DNA from: Candidatus Omnitrophota bacterium
Lineage (GTDB): Bacteria > Omnitrophota > Gorgyraeia > Gygaellales > Profunditerraquicolaceae
DNA: 64,000 nucleotides
Direction: 5' to 3'
Assembly: GCA_041650835.1 (NCBI GenBank)
Contig: JBAZKL010000002.1
Location: 602,435 to 666,434 of the forward strand
Position 1 is the first letter of the stretch. The number at the start of each line of letters is the position of its first letter. Shown here one piece after another: positions 38,231 to 47,418 of the stretch. The translations under genes and the position numbers were made by a program. The notes beneath the pieces were generated by a model. The model was not told the DNA's origin. It saw nothing but the letters and a program-made list of their open reading frames with translations, and searched no databases.

Positions 38231-40044
38231 CGTGAAAGCGATTTAGGCCCTTTCATTTCCAATCTTTGTTTCTCAACCGGCATAAAAACCGGAGCCGCCG
38301 GTTCAACAAGTTCTTCTTTCTTCAATGCGCGGTAATCTTTCGGCGGCTTGACTGCGCCACCGCCGACTTCCTTCAAAACAGGGCCGGCTACCAAAACTTC
38401 TCCGGAGATCATTTTTGGCGTCAGAATGATCAATAACTCCGTCTTTTCTTTTGACTTCGATTTTACACTGAAGAAGCGGCCAAGTAAAGGAATATCTCCC
38501 AATACCGGAGTCTGCTGCGCGGTAGAACTTTCCGTTTCTTTACGCAGCCCCCCGATAATAACGGTTGAACCGTCTTTAACCATAACGGTGGTTTCCGCAA
38601 GCGACGTATCGATGATAGGGATCTGATTTTTAGTCGGAGTAATCAGCATCTCCAGGACGCTGTTGATCTCAGCTTTTATTTTCAGGGTGATGAAGCCTTC
38701 ATCGTTTATGATCGGAACGACGGAAATGATAACGCCGACGTCGACAAAGGTCACCTGTTCGGAAACAGTATTGGTAGTCTGTCCGGTTGTCGTCGTTGTC
38801 GTCACATAGGCTTCTTTCTGTCCGACATGGATCTTCGCTTCCTGATTATTAATTATGGCGAGTTTTGGATTGGAAATAACCTTGGTCTTTCCTTTTGTCT
38901 GCAAATACTTAATGACCGTATCAAAATCATGCTTACCGACAACCCCCAGGTGCATTTCTTCGGTCCCGATCTTCGAACTGCTGGAAGAATAATTGGTTGT
39001 CGTACCGCTAAAAGGATATGAACCTACGTTTCCCACGGTATCCCATACCGAACTGCGTGAACGCCAGGTATCGGTTGACGCCTGCACCGACGCAAACGGC
39101 GTAGACCCCAGGTAACTCATGCCGAATTGCCGGCCTAAATCAAATAATCCTTCCCACTGTATTCCTTCGCTGGTATCATCCGATAATTTCACATTGACGA
39201 TATTGATATCAACAATGATCTCCTTTGTCTTCTGGTCAAGGGCTTTGATCAGCTTTTCGATCTGATCCATACGCTTCGGAAGAGTCTGCACGATTAATTG
39301 ATTACCCCGCTCATCCGCCTTGATCAAGCCGACCTTCTTGGAATCAAGCTGATTCTTCAAGGCTTCTTCCACATCCTTAGCCTTGGCGTAATTCAATTTG
39401 AAGACTTTAACGGTATTTTTTTCCTCAAAATCCTTCAACACCTTATCCATAATTTCGATGCGAGCGGCGGAATCGATCACTAATACATTACCGGATTCCG
39501 GATCGACTAATACCCTGCCGATCTCGCTTTTAAGCATATCCAGCAAGCTGAAAGCCTGTTCCGGAACGATGTAATTCAAATAAAAGACCTTTACCTGGCG
39601 GATATCGGCAAAATTCTTCCCGTAAAGCACCCGGTATTCTTCCTGAGTCATGACATTATAGATCTCCCCCTGCTTATCGTACGCGAGATTATTACTGCGA
39701 AGCATAAGATCGAAGACATCCTGGATAGGGGCATTCTCGACCATAAGCGTTACCCTGCCTATGACGGCCTTTGTCGTAACAATATTCATTCCGGCCTTCA
39801 TAGACAAAAACTTTAACGCATCAACAACATCGATATTTCTTAAATCAAGGGAGATCTTCCCCGCGAGGACAGTTACCGGAGGAGCGACCATGGGTTGCAG
39901 GAGCGTCGCTTGAGCTAATTGTATTAATTTATTATCGGCTGAGCCCGCAGGCTCAGCATGAAGGCCGGGAGTAACGCAAAGGCTTACGCAGGCAAAGGAA
40001 GGGATGAAAACAAGGTATTTTAAGAACTTTTTCTTTAATATCAT
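38227..40044 (-). CDS. Secretin (second paralog)
   Basis: LAETTVMVKDGSTVIIGGL...PVLGDIPLLGRFF...LLIILTPKMI is the secretin signature, preceded by N-terminal Secretin_N-type domains. Confidence 0.85.
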   Translation of the reverse strand: MILKKKFLKYLVFIPSFACVSLCVTPGLHAEPAGSADNKLIQLAQATLLQPMVAPPVTVLAGKISLDLRNIDVVDALKFLSMKAGMNIVTTKAVIGRVTLMVENAPIQDVFDLMLRSNNLAYDKQGEIYNVMTQEEYRVLYGKNFADIRQVKVFYLNYIVPEQAFSLLDMLKSEIGRVLVDPESGNVLVIDSAARIEIMDKVLKDFEEKNTVKVFKLNYAKAKDVEEALKNQLDSKKVGLIKADERGNQLIVQTLPKRMDQIEKLIKALDQKTKEIIVDINIVNVKLSDDTSEGIQWEGLFDLGRQFGMSYLGSTPFASVQASTDTWRSRSSVWDTVGNVGSYPFSGTTTNYSSSSSKIGTEEMHLGVVGKHDFDTVIKYLQTKGKTKVISNPKLAIINNQEAKIHVGQKEAYVTTTTTTGQTTNTVSEQVTFVDVGVIISVVPIINDEGFITLKIKAEINSVLEMLITPTKNQIPIIDTSLAETTVMVKDGSTVIIGGLRKETESSTAQQTPVLGDIPLLGRFFSVKSKSKEKTELLIILTPKMISGEVLVAGPVLKEVGGGAVKPPKDYRALKKEELVEPAAPVFMPVEKQRLEMKGPKSLSR

Positions 40045-40637
40045 CGTAATTCGATCAATTCTTCTCCATAGCGCAAAATTATCTTATCTTTAAATACACT
40101 TTCTACTTTAAGATCTCCGATCATCTGCCCTTTTTTGACGAAAGAAGTGCGCGCGGACTTAACGTCTTCTATCATGATATCGGGATTATCCGACCAGGAG
40201 ATCCCGACGAGCCTTAAATTTTGCATTACTTCAGCCGCTTTAGAAGAAATGACCTCATTGACCGATGAAGATGAATTAAGCCCCATTTTGAATATATCCC
40301 TGCTTTGTGTTTTTCCTATATAATAGGCGAGATCTTTTAACCGGGGCGTCTCTTTTCTGACTTGTGCGTCTTTCACTAACTCAGGAGCCGCCCATTTTCC
40401 CGGGTTGATCTTCTTTATACCCTGGGAAAGGCTATACACAAAATAAACGGACAAGAGAATAACACATAATAAAAGAACAAGATTGATTACTTTAATATCG
40501 ACTTCATTCTGCTTTTTCTTGAAGAGCTTCAGTATATTTTCTTTGAGAGCAGAAAAAGCCGAACCCAATTGCTCCGGTGAAAAAACGCCTAAAATATTCG
40601 TTTTTACCGCCATAATGCCTTGCCGCAAGCCGCTCAA
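40041..40637 (-). CDS. GspC/PilP-like secretin-interacting protein
   Basis: A single TM helix is followed by a C-terminal beta-sandwich-like segment LRLVGISWS...FVKKGQMIGDLKVESVFKDKIILRYGEELIEL, which resembles the GspC HR and PilP C-domains. Confidence 0.5.
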   Translation of the reverse strand: MSGLRQGIMAVKTNILGVFSPEQLGSAFSALKENILKLFKKKQNEVDIKVINLVLLLCVILLSVYFVYSLSQGIKKINPGKWAAPELVKDAQVRKETPRLKDLAYYIGKTQSRDIFKMGLNSSSSVNEVISSKAAEVMQNLRLVGISWSDNPDIMIEDVKSARTSFVKKGQMIGDLKVESVFKDKIILRYGEELIELR

Positions 40638-41623
40638 TTGGCCTTTCCAGGCGGAGATCCGGCCTCAAGAAATTGAGGATATACCAGGATCTTTGCTTCA
40701 ACCTTTAATTTCTCCAGCCAAACATTCAACTCATCGTATTTCTTTATCATCTCTACCTGCTTAAAATACGAATCCCGCAGTTTCGGGAAATCCTCTTTAA
40801 GCGCAAGCCTCTTTTTCAAGATACGGATCACACCATACCCCTTATATACGGGGATAGGAGGATAGACGGTATTGACCTCTCGCTCGAGCATTTTATATAA
40901 ATCATCCTTGGGGATCTTCCACATATTAATAAGGAACTCAAGGGAAACGAACCCCGGATGCTTGGCGAATTTCGGGTCTTTCTTGGCTTCGGCATCCCAA
41001 AGAGCAGGATCGGCCATTTTAGCATAAAAAGCATCCGCGTCTTTTTTCTCGTCAAACTGTACCAGCTCCAGTTCCAGAGTATTGTATTCATTCAAGAACT
41101 CCTGGTAGGCTTCTTCCTCGGTGACTGCCGGCTTAAACGTCTCCAGGACCTGCTGGCGCAATTTTTCTAATTGTATCAAATGGCGCATTTGATTTTCAAA
41201 AAGCTCGGAATTCCCGCCGGTTTTCTCTTTGAGCCATTTATCGTATTCAGCTTTATCTTTTTGCCAATCGAAGGTTACCTTTTCGCTTTTAAGCGTCTTG
41301 GAGACTTCCTGTTCCACCTCTTCCCTGCTGACAGTGATATTACGGCGGAACGCTTCGTAAGAAAGAAGCAACTGCTCCCATGTCCTATCCTCAAACTCCA
41401 CTTCAGTCTGAGGAGGCTGCCCCCAGCGCGTCCCAAAAACACCGATCACTCTTTTAATAAAATAATAATTACCCGCGGTGACCTTAACGCCGTAACCGCT
41501 CAATTCCCCGGCAAATTCCTCCGGCTTCCCCTGGATTTGCTGGCAAAGGGCTTGCCTGCAATCATACATAGGCCCGGCGCACGCAAAGATTAAAATAAAA
41601 ATTATGTCGAGATACTTCCTCAT
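40634..41623 (-). CDS. Periplasmic or lipoprotein-like protein of unknown function
   Basis: It has a signal peptide with a possible lipobox cysteine and a helical soluble domain (SurA-N-like at best). Confidence 0.45.
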   Translation of the reverse strand: MRKYLDIIFILIFACAGPMYDCRQALCQQIQGKPEEFAGELSGYGVKVTAGNYYFIKRVIGVFGTRWGQPPQTEVEFEDRTWEQLLLSYEAFRRNITVSREEVEQEVSKTLKSEKVTFDWQKDKAEYDKWLKEKTGGNSELFENQMRHLIQLEKLRQQVLETFKPAVTEEEAYQEFLNEYNTLELELVQFDEKKDADAFYAKMADPALWDAEAKKDPKFAKHPGFVSLEFLINMWKIPKDDLYKMLEREVNTVYPPIPVYKGYGVIRILKKRLALKEDFPKLRDSYFKQVEMIKKYDELNVWLEKLKVEAKILVYPQFLEAGSPPGKAN

Positions 41624-41631
41624 AAAACCTT

Positions 41632-41871
41632 TTAAACTCCTATTAGCCTTTTTTTGATCAGGCGCAGCGAATAACCTTCACGCGACAGCCGGGTGATCAA
41701 AGCAATGCGCTGCTTCACCAACTTAGAATCATAAAAGCGTATATTCCCCTTTTTAAAAGCAAGCGGCAGCAAGCCAAAATCGGTATAATGATTTACCGTC
41801 TGGTAAGTCAAATGATACCTGTTCATGATCTCTTTCGCCGAAACTAATGTATTTTCGTCTGCCATACTCAC
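41632..41871 (-). CDS. Small MerR/excisionase-type HTH DNA-binding protein
   Basis: The 79-aa protein reads SAKEIMNRYHLTYQTVNHYTDFGLLPLAFKKGNIRFY...EGYSLRLIKKRLIGV. Confidence 0.65.
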   Translation of the reverse strand: MSMADENTLVSAKEIMNRYHLTYQTVNHYTDFGLLPLAFKKGNIRFYDSKLVKQRIALITRLSREGYSLRLIKKRLIGV

Positions 41872-41905
41872 CTATTCACGCGCATTTCACTTGTGATAAC
41901 CTTTG

Positions 41906-41949
41906 TATATATAAGACTTATTGTACCTACCATAAGTCTTATATATACT
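41906..41949. promoter_or_regulatory. 16-bp perfect inverted-repeat candidate operator
   Basis: The two arms, gtatatataagactta and taagtcttatatatac, are separated by a 12-nt spacer and overlap the predicted -10 element. Confidence 0.6.
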
Positions 41950-41970
41950 ACAGATTCCGGGCTTGTCAAT
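41940..41970 (-). promoter_or_regulatory. Sigma70-like promoter for the HTH-secretin operon
   Basis: On the minus strand the -35 is TTGACA (41964-41969), the spacer is 16-17 nt, and the -10 is TATATA/TATAAT-like (about 41942-41947). It lies about 70 nt upstream of the ATG. Confidence 0.55.
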
Positions 41971-42111
41971 AGTTTTTTTAATATTTTTTAGGGAGGCAGA
42001 TGTGAGCGGCTGCGGCACGCCATTGCCGGTCACCCATGACCGCAGCCCGGGTTTAAACCCGGGCTACGTGACATAAACGAGCATCATTGCAAAACGATCT
42101 TTTTAACAAGC

Positions 42112-42143
42112 AAAAAACCGGGCTTATACGCAATAAGGCCCGG
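42112..42143 (-). terminator. Rho-independent terminator after the response-regulator gene
   Basis: On the minus strand the stem CCGGGCCUUAU/AUAAGCCCGG is followed by UUUUUU. Confidence 0.5.
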
Positions 42144-42261
42144 CCTTAAGCTGTGACCTTTTAAGTTACAGATAAGTCCGGGCCTTGAATATCCTGCCCG
42201 TCTTTCCAGTCCGCGCAAAGCAGACGGCAAAGAACCTTGCTTTAGGCGCCGATAACTGAGA

Positions 42262-42651
42262 TCACTTCTTCAGCTTCTTATGCGTGCGTAAAGCAGCCTC
42301 AAGAAGGGATAGCCCCTCCTGAAAATCAGTACCCTTGTAAAACACGCCTGAAACACCGTAACCCATTGCTTCATTGACGCGCTTATCATCGACAAAAGCG
42401 CTGATAAAGATCACCGGCACATTCGCGTTGAATTTTCTGATCCTTTTTAACGATTCTACGCCGTCCATAACCGGCATATTCAGGTCCAGGAAAATAATAT
42501 CGGGTGACTGTTCCTTCACCATGACCAAAGCGTTCTCCCCGTTAGAAGCAGAAATAACGCTATAGCCTTTTGATTGCAGCCAAAACGTCATCACCTGGCG
42601 GAAATCAGATTCATCATCAACCACTAAAACTTTAATATCATTATTTTCCAT
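42262..42651 (-). CDS. Stand-alone response-regulator receiver domain protein (CheY-like)
   Basis: KVLVVDDESDFRQ...DIIFLDLNMPVMDG carries the phospho-acceptor Asp. Confidence 0.85.
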   Translation of the reverse strand: MENNDIKVLVVDDESDFRQVMTFWLQSKGYSVISASNGENALVMVKEQSPDIIFLDLNMPVMDGVESLKRIRKFNANVPVIFISAFVDDKRVNEAMGYGVSGVFYKGTDFQEGLSLLEAALRTHKKLKK

Positions 42652-44719
42652 CCGTAACCTCCATCATAGGCATTCCCGAGAAAGGAAGCGTAAAAGTAAA
42701 GACCGTCCCCTCCCCCCGCTTGCTCTCAACCCGGATTTTTCCGCCATGCAACTCTACGATCTCTTTGGCTACCGCTAAACCAATACCGGTGCCTCCCACA
42801 TCAGCCGTGGACTTCTCCCCTATCTGATAGAATTTATCAAAAACCTTTTTGAGGTTTTGCTCTTCGATCCCGATCCCGTTATCTTTAACCAGGACATAGC
42901 ACTCTTGTTTTTCCGGCGAGGCTTTGGCTTCTACGGTGATCAAACCGTTTTGAGGCGTAAATTTGATTGAATTACCGATAAGATTATTTAAGACCTGGAT
43001 GATCCTGTTAGCGTCTATATTGATTTCAGGAAGGCCCTCCTGAACGGACTTACGTATTTCTATCGCTTTGGTCTTTGCCCAGATATTCAGGCTCTCGGTT
43101 GAATCGCCGATCACCTTATCGATCCGGCACAAAGAACGCTTGATCCGCATCTGGCCCGCCTCAAGCTTGGAAAGATCCAGCAGGTCATTGATCAAAAGGC
43201 TCAAACGCTTGAGGTTGCGTTCCGCGATGGAAAGGAATTGCTCCTGAGGCTCCGATATCTCTCCCGCGGTTTTCTCCAATATCAATGAAATTGACTTCTG
43301 AATAGCTACCAGCGGCGTGCGCAATTCATGCGAGACATTGGCGACAAAATTCGACTTTATCTGGTCAAGCTCTTTCTGCTTAGTGACATCATTGAGTATC
43401 GTCACCATACCGACGGTCTTGCCAAAGCTGTCCTCGACAACCGCGGAACTTGTGCGCAGGATCTTTTTTGTCGTTTCATTGCTGCCGACTAATTCGATAT
43501 CCTTCTGCATGACTTCATCTTTGGCGGTAGGGATATCTTTTACCACGGTCAAGAGATGGTCATCTTTAACCAGGTCTTTGATCGGAGTCCCTGAATATTG
43601 ATGATTAACTCCCAGCATTGTTTCCGCCTGGGGGTTCATTAACAGTATTTTACCCTGCGGATCAACGACCACTAAACCATCAGCCATATGGTGGATAATA
43701 TTATCAATACGGTCCTTCTCGCTCTGAACGACTTTACTGTGTTTTTTCACCTGCTCCAACTCAAGGTTGAAGCGGTCCCGCTCCTCCTGGATCCGGCGAA
43801 GCTTTACCCTTAACTCCTCATTTTCCTTCTTAAGGCTCTCTGATTCTCCCGTACCCGTAGCCGAACCCGTACCCGGCCCCCCGCCCGAACCTTCACCCGC
43901 GCCCCCTCCCCCGCCCGCAGCCGGACCGCGCCCCTTCTTCACCGGGCGGGCGATCTCATCCTGGATCTTATTCACCAGCGCTTCAACTTCCTTCGACGGA
44001 CAGCCGTAGCCGATCAACGCTTCTTTTAAAACCTGCAGCGTATCAGTTTTATCTCTTGAAGCCACAGAGATGAATTTTTTAAACAGGCTTTTCGTTGCCG
44101 GGCTTATTTTATTCTTTTCTTTAAACTCAGCGCTCATCATAGTAAAAAGCTCTTTTTCTATCCCGCCGACATCCTGCGATTTAACTGCCTTGCCTGACGA
44201 TAATTCTTTTATTTTATCTTTTAAAGCGTTCCAAGCGTTTAATTCGGCGCCCAAGAGCGCTTCTTTATCTTTATTGATCTTAATATAGGAATACTGGTCT
44301 GCTTTAATATGCTGAATATTCTTGTCGGCGAATATTTTATTGATATCCCCCAGGCCCTTTAACTGCGCGGCGTCCAAAAGCAATAACTGCAGAAAATCTT
44401 CGACCTCCTGTTCAGTGATTCCTCTCTGAAAAGTCATATTCTCTATGTCGATTTTTTTAAGATACGGAAGGATATCCTTGGCAAGCCCGGGATTTTTATC
44501 GTTCAAAGGCTCCCCATCAATAAGCACCTTATTGTCCTGTGACAAGCTTAAGCTTAACGCTTCTTTACCGGAGAATATCTCGGATATCACCGCATAGACA
44601 TTTGTAATCGATTCCACCACTATAGGATGTTTCGCGGGATAAATAGAGATCTTTCGGATAGCGGTTACAAGGTTTGAAATGAATTGAGAGGGTTTATTTT
44701 GAGGGGATTGATTCTCCAT
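42641..44719 (-). CDS. Sensor histidine kinase with an N-terminal soluble domain, a Gly-rich linker, PAS, HisKA and HATPase_c
   Basis: The H-box is HELRTPL and the G-box is GGTGIGLAVAKEIVELHGGKI. PAS follows a GGGGGAGEGSGGGPGTGSATGTG linker. Confidence 0.85.
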   Translation of the reverse strand: MENQSPQNKPSQFISNLVTAIRKISIYPAKHPIVVESITNVYAVISEIFSGKEALSLSLSQDNKVLIDGEPLNDKNPGLAKDILPYLKKIDIENMTFQRGITEQEVEDFLQLLLLDAAQLKGLGDINKIFADKNIQHIKADQYSYIKINKDKEALLGAELNAWNALKDKIKELSSGKAVKSQDVGGIEKELFTMMSAEFKEKNKISPATKSLFKKFISVASRDKTDTLQVLKEALIGYGCPSKEVEALVNKIQDEIARPVKKGRGPAAGGGGGAGEGSGGGPGTGSATGTGESESLKKENEELRVKLRRIQEERDRFNLELEQVKKHSKVVQSEKDRIDNIIHHMADGLVVVDPQGKILLMNPQAETMLGVNHQYSGTPIKDLVKDDHLLTVVKDIPTAKDEVMQKDIELVGSNETTKKILRTSSAVVEDSFGKTVGMVTILNDVTKQKELDQIKSNFVANVSHELRTPLVAIQKSISLILEKTAGEISEPQEQFLSIAERNLKRLSLLINDLLDLSKLEAGQMRIKRSLCRIDKVIGDSTESLNIWAKTKAIEIRKSVQEGLPEINIDANRIIQVLNNLIGNSIKFTPQNGLITVEAKASPEKQECYVLVKDNGIGIEEQNLKKVFDKFYQIGEKSTADVGGTGIGLAVAKEIVELHGGKIRVESKRGEGTVFTFTLPFSGMPMMEVTDGK

Positions 44720-44787
44720 GAAATAGATTATATAGCAGCAGTCTATACTTTACAACAAGAAAATAGTACGTCCGGGATGATACAGAG

Positions 44788-44930
44788 CAAGTCTAAAGTT
44801 TAAAGTCTAAATATCCAAGGAAGGTTCAAGACTAAAGGCTAAATTTTAAAATTACCTGCCGGCCGGCAGGCAGGAACCTTTAACCTTCAAACTTCCTTTG
44901 TTATTTATACTTTGGCCTTTAAAATTAAAA
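44788..44930. repeat. AT-rich palindromic intergenic repeat of about 140 bp, family copy 1
   Basis: The arms are built from taaag/ctttaa words with aaggaagg and cttccttt cores, around a GC palindromic centre cctgccggccggcagg. The other three copies are at 54235, 57385 and 61960. Confidence 0.65.
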
Positions 44931-44991
44931 TGAGATACGGGAAGAAATCAAAATAATGCCATGAGGATAGTACCCCTGAGAAAACTGGGGT

Positions 44992-46185
44992 TTACAGCCT
45001 GACGCGGTCGACCTTCTCTTGCAGCTTCTTTGAGATATCGGAAAGCTGCACCGCGGCTCCCGCGATTTCTTCGGTAGCGGCTGTCTGCTCTTCGGCAACA
45101 GCAGTAACCTCTTCCGAGGAACTGGCGGTTTCCTGCACCGCAGAGGCAATACGCTCTACCTGGGACGTAATAACATTGACGCCCAAGGCAATTTCATCGA
45201 ACTGTTTAGCGACAGTCGCGATCAATACCGCCCCTACCTGTATCCGCTGTTTGGTTTCCCCGGCGGTAGTTGTTGCCTGTACGATCGATTCCTGGACCTG
45301 CTGAACGATTTTCTTTATTTCCTGGACCGACTCAGCGGAGTTTTCAGCCAGCTTTCGCACTTCATCGGCAACTACGGCAAATCCCACCCCTGCCTCACCG
45401 GCGCGCGCGGCTTCAATAGCGGCGTTTAACGCCAAAAGATTTGTCTGTTCGGCTATCTTAGTGATCATATTGACCATTTTACTGATCTGTTCGGAATATT
45501 CTGAAACCCGCTGCATGATCTTAGTATTGAAGTCGGCGTGGGACTGGAGCTGTTTTACCTGTTCTGTAAACTTATCGATATTTTCTTTGCCCTTTTCGGT
45601 GAAACTATGCGTCTCCTTGGCGCTATTCAACGCCTTCAGGGAACTGCCTGAAATATCCGAGATCGATTGCGAGATCAGATAAACAGTTTCGGTAAACTGG
45701 CTGACGCGCTCTTTAAACGAGTTGGAAGTGCTTGCCAAAACACCGGAATGGTTGGCGACGACCATGGATGACTCCTGCAAGTGCTGGATTAAATCCCTTA
45801 AATACTCCAAGATGCGGTTAGTTGTTTTCCCTAAAGACCTTAATAATTCATCGTCTACAGCCTCATTTGCTACTACCGTAAAATCGCCTTCGCTGACACT
45901 CTTTAAGGTCTTAAAGAAATCGGTCAAATAACACGCCATATTCATGGAATTATTATGAAGCCCGTCTTTTTCTGAACTTATATTACCCAACTCCCGGGCA
46001 GCGTCCTTTACCCAATTAAAAACTAAAATAAAACATACCCCTGCCAGGGCTGAAACAACACGGACCACGAGATCAACCTTCCCCAGATTTATTACGAGCA
46101 GTAAAAGAAAACCGACAAAAAGAAAGAATTGCGCTCCGATCTTGATTTTCTGCGGCGCGGGGATGGTCCGGAAATTCATGCCCAT
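44992..46185 (-). CDS. Methyl-accepting chemotaxis protein (2 TM helices, minimal periplasmic loop)
   Basis: The signalling domain reads [32 protein letters not shown]. Confidence 0.85.
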   Translation of the reverse strand: MGMNFRTIPAPQKIKIGAQFFLFVGFLLLLVINLGKVDLVVRVVSALAGVCFILVFNWVKDAARELGNISSEKDGLHNNSMNMACYLTDFFKTLKSVSEGDFTVVANEAVDDELLRSLGKTTNRILEYLRDLIQHLQESSMVVANHSGVLASTSNSFKERVSQFTETVYLISQSISDISGSSLKALNSAKETHSFTEKGKENIDKFTEQVKQLQSHADFNTKIMQRVSEYSEQISKMVNMITKIAEQTNLLALNAAIEAARAGEAGVGFAVVADEVRKLAENSAESVQEIKKIVQQVQESIVQATTTAGETKQRIQVGAVLIATVAKQFDEIALGVNVITSQVERIASAVQETASSSEEVTAVAEEQTAATEEIAGAAVQLSDISKKLQEKVDRVRL

Positions 46186-46346
46186 AAAGAATATCCTTTG
46201 TTTACAGGTTAAAAATATCGCGTTTTAACCTTCTCTCGTATAATTATCGCTCAAAATATCCTTTTCAACAGCAAAACTGAAATTATTATCTTTGATAAAA
46301 AACCGTAAAACCCGTCAGTGAAAGAACAGCAAAGAACTTTGCGCGG

Positions 46347-46571
46347 CTAGAACTGGATTTGCGCCCTGCTCCTCCCATCGCCTTCATCCCGGCAAAACAA
46401 TAAAGTTTTCTTCGAACGCTCGCACCACATTTGGACATCTTTCGGGAATGACGGGCAATCCGCCATAACTTCTAAAACATCCGCCGGTTTCAACTCAGGG
46501 ACTTTAGCCGCTATTTTTAGCACCGGTTGCGGGCATTTTAAACCTGTCGCGTCTAATCGTATCACTGCCAT
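46347..46571 (-). CDS. TusA-family sulfurtransferase-like protein
   Basis: LDATGLKCPQPVLK contains the CPxP motif. Confidence 0.75.
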   Translation of the reverse strand: MAVIRLDATGLKCPQPVLKIAAKVPELKPADVLEVMADCPSFPKDVQMWCERSKKTLLFCRDEGDGRSRAQIQF

Positions 46572-46684
46572 AATTTTCCTCCCTTTTATCTTCTCTTACG
46601 AAAAACATAACCCTTCAATGATTGCCAATTCTACCTTTACGGGTATGCTTTGTCAAGTTAAATTAATCCTTACAAATCAGCGTT

Positions 46685-46933
46685 TTATTCCCCTTCAATC
46701 GACGCTAATGCGGCTAATTTAGAGTCTACCGTTTCAATATCAAACCTGCATCCATAGACACAGCCTGCTTCTTTTTGCGCCAAAACCATCAAACAATCAC
46801 GAAATTCATCTATACCTATATGTAAACGCCTGCCCAGTTTTATTTCTGCCGCAACGACTTTGGTAAGCCCATTTTCCGAAGCGCTCTCTTTGATCTTCTC
46901 GATAATATCCGCTGCGATCCCCCATTCATGCAT
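46685..46933 (-). CDS. Small HypA-like (N-terminal-domain-like) protein. The assignment is uncertain.
   Basis: MHEWGIAADIIEKIKESASENGLTKV resembles the HypA N-terminus, but the canonical double CxxC zinc finger is absent. The start was trimmed to the internal Met. Confidence 0.35.
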   Translation of the reverse strand: MHEWGIAADIIEKIKESASENGLTKVVAAEIKLGRRLHIGIDEFRDCLMVLAQKEAGCVYGCRFDIETVDSKLAALASIEGE

Positions 46934-47414
46934 AAAGCCTGTCTCCCTCCCGGGGCATTCCGGGGAACTCATTTTTAATGATTTCAGATAAAATATCCGG
47001 CACCTTGTTCATGATCTGCTCGCTGATCTGTTCGGAGAAATCATAGATTGTCCTGGCGGCGACCGCGTATACAACGATCCGGGCCGCCGTGACCATGCCT
47101 GTCTGCCGGGCAAGCTCAAGCATTTCGAGAAAACCGACATTATGAGAGCTTTGACGGTGTAAAGGAATAGTTTTGGGAAGGTCCATCTTAAAACATTCCC
47201 CCGGCTGGTGCAACGGATCGCAAATCACATCAATAATAATGATCTTTTCATACCCCGGAAAGAAATCGATACAACGCCAGCCCGCGTACGATGATTCGAT
47301 AAAATCCACAGACTCCGACTTGACCCGGGCATAGACTTCCCGCGCGATCAAAAGCCCGGCAGCGTCATCGCTGAGGATCGTATTGCCTAAACCGACAATA
47401 AGCGTCTTACCCAC
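46926..47414 (-). CDS. [NiFe] hydrogenase maturation endopeptidase (HyaD/HybD/HycI family)
   Basis: MGKTLIVGLGNTILSDDAAG is the family N-terminus. Confidence 0.8.
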   Translation of the reverse strand: MGKTLIVGLGNTILSDDAAGLLIAREVYARVKSESVDFIESSYAGWRCIDFFPGYEKIIIIDVICDPLHQPGECFKMDLPKTIPLHRQSSHNVGFLEMLELARQTGMVTAARIVVYAVAARTIYDFSEQISEQIMNKVPDILSEIIKNEFPGMPREGDRLYA

Positions 47415-47418
47415 TCGA

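Noticed and set aside
26743-41871. I considered whether this is a PEP-CTERM/exosortase EPS locus, because of the ExeA-like ATPase, TPR proteins and the Wza/Wzc pair.
   Set aside because: No exosortase-like polytopic protein with the conserved Cys/Arg/His motifs is present. No product ends in a PEP-CTERM sorting signal. PEP-CTERM loci do not contain secretins.
34936-41871. I considered whether the excisionase-like HTH genes mark a prophage or integrative element.
   Set aside because: There is no integrase, transposase, phage structural gene or att-like direct repeat in the window. GC content and codon usage of the module resemble the flanking genes. A mobile origin remains possible but is not supported.
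46685-46972. The full 95-aa ORF as the HypA-like product.
   Set aside because: The first 13 codons overlap the upstream protease gene by 47 bp and are not HypA-like. The internal Met at 46933 gives a cleaner start, but even so the HypA assignment is weak.
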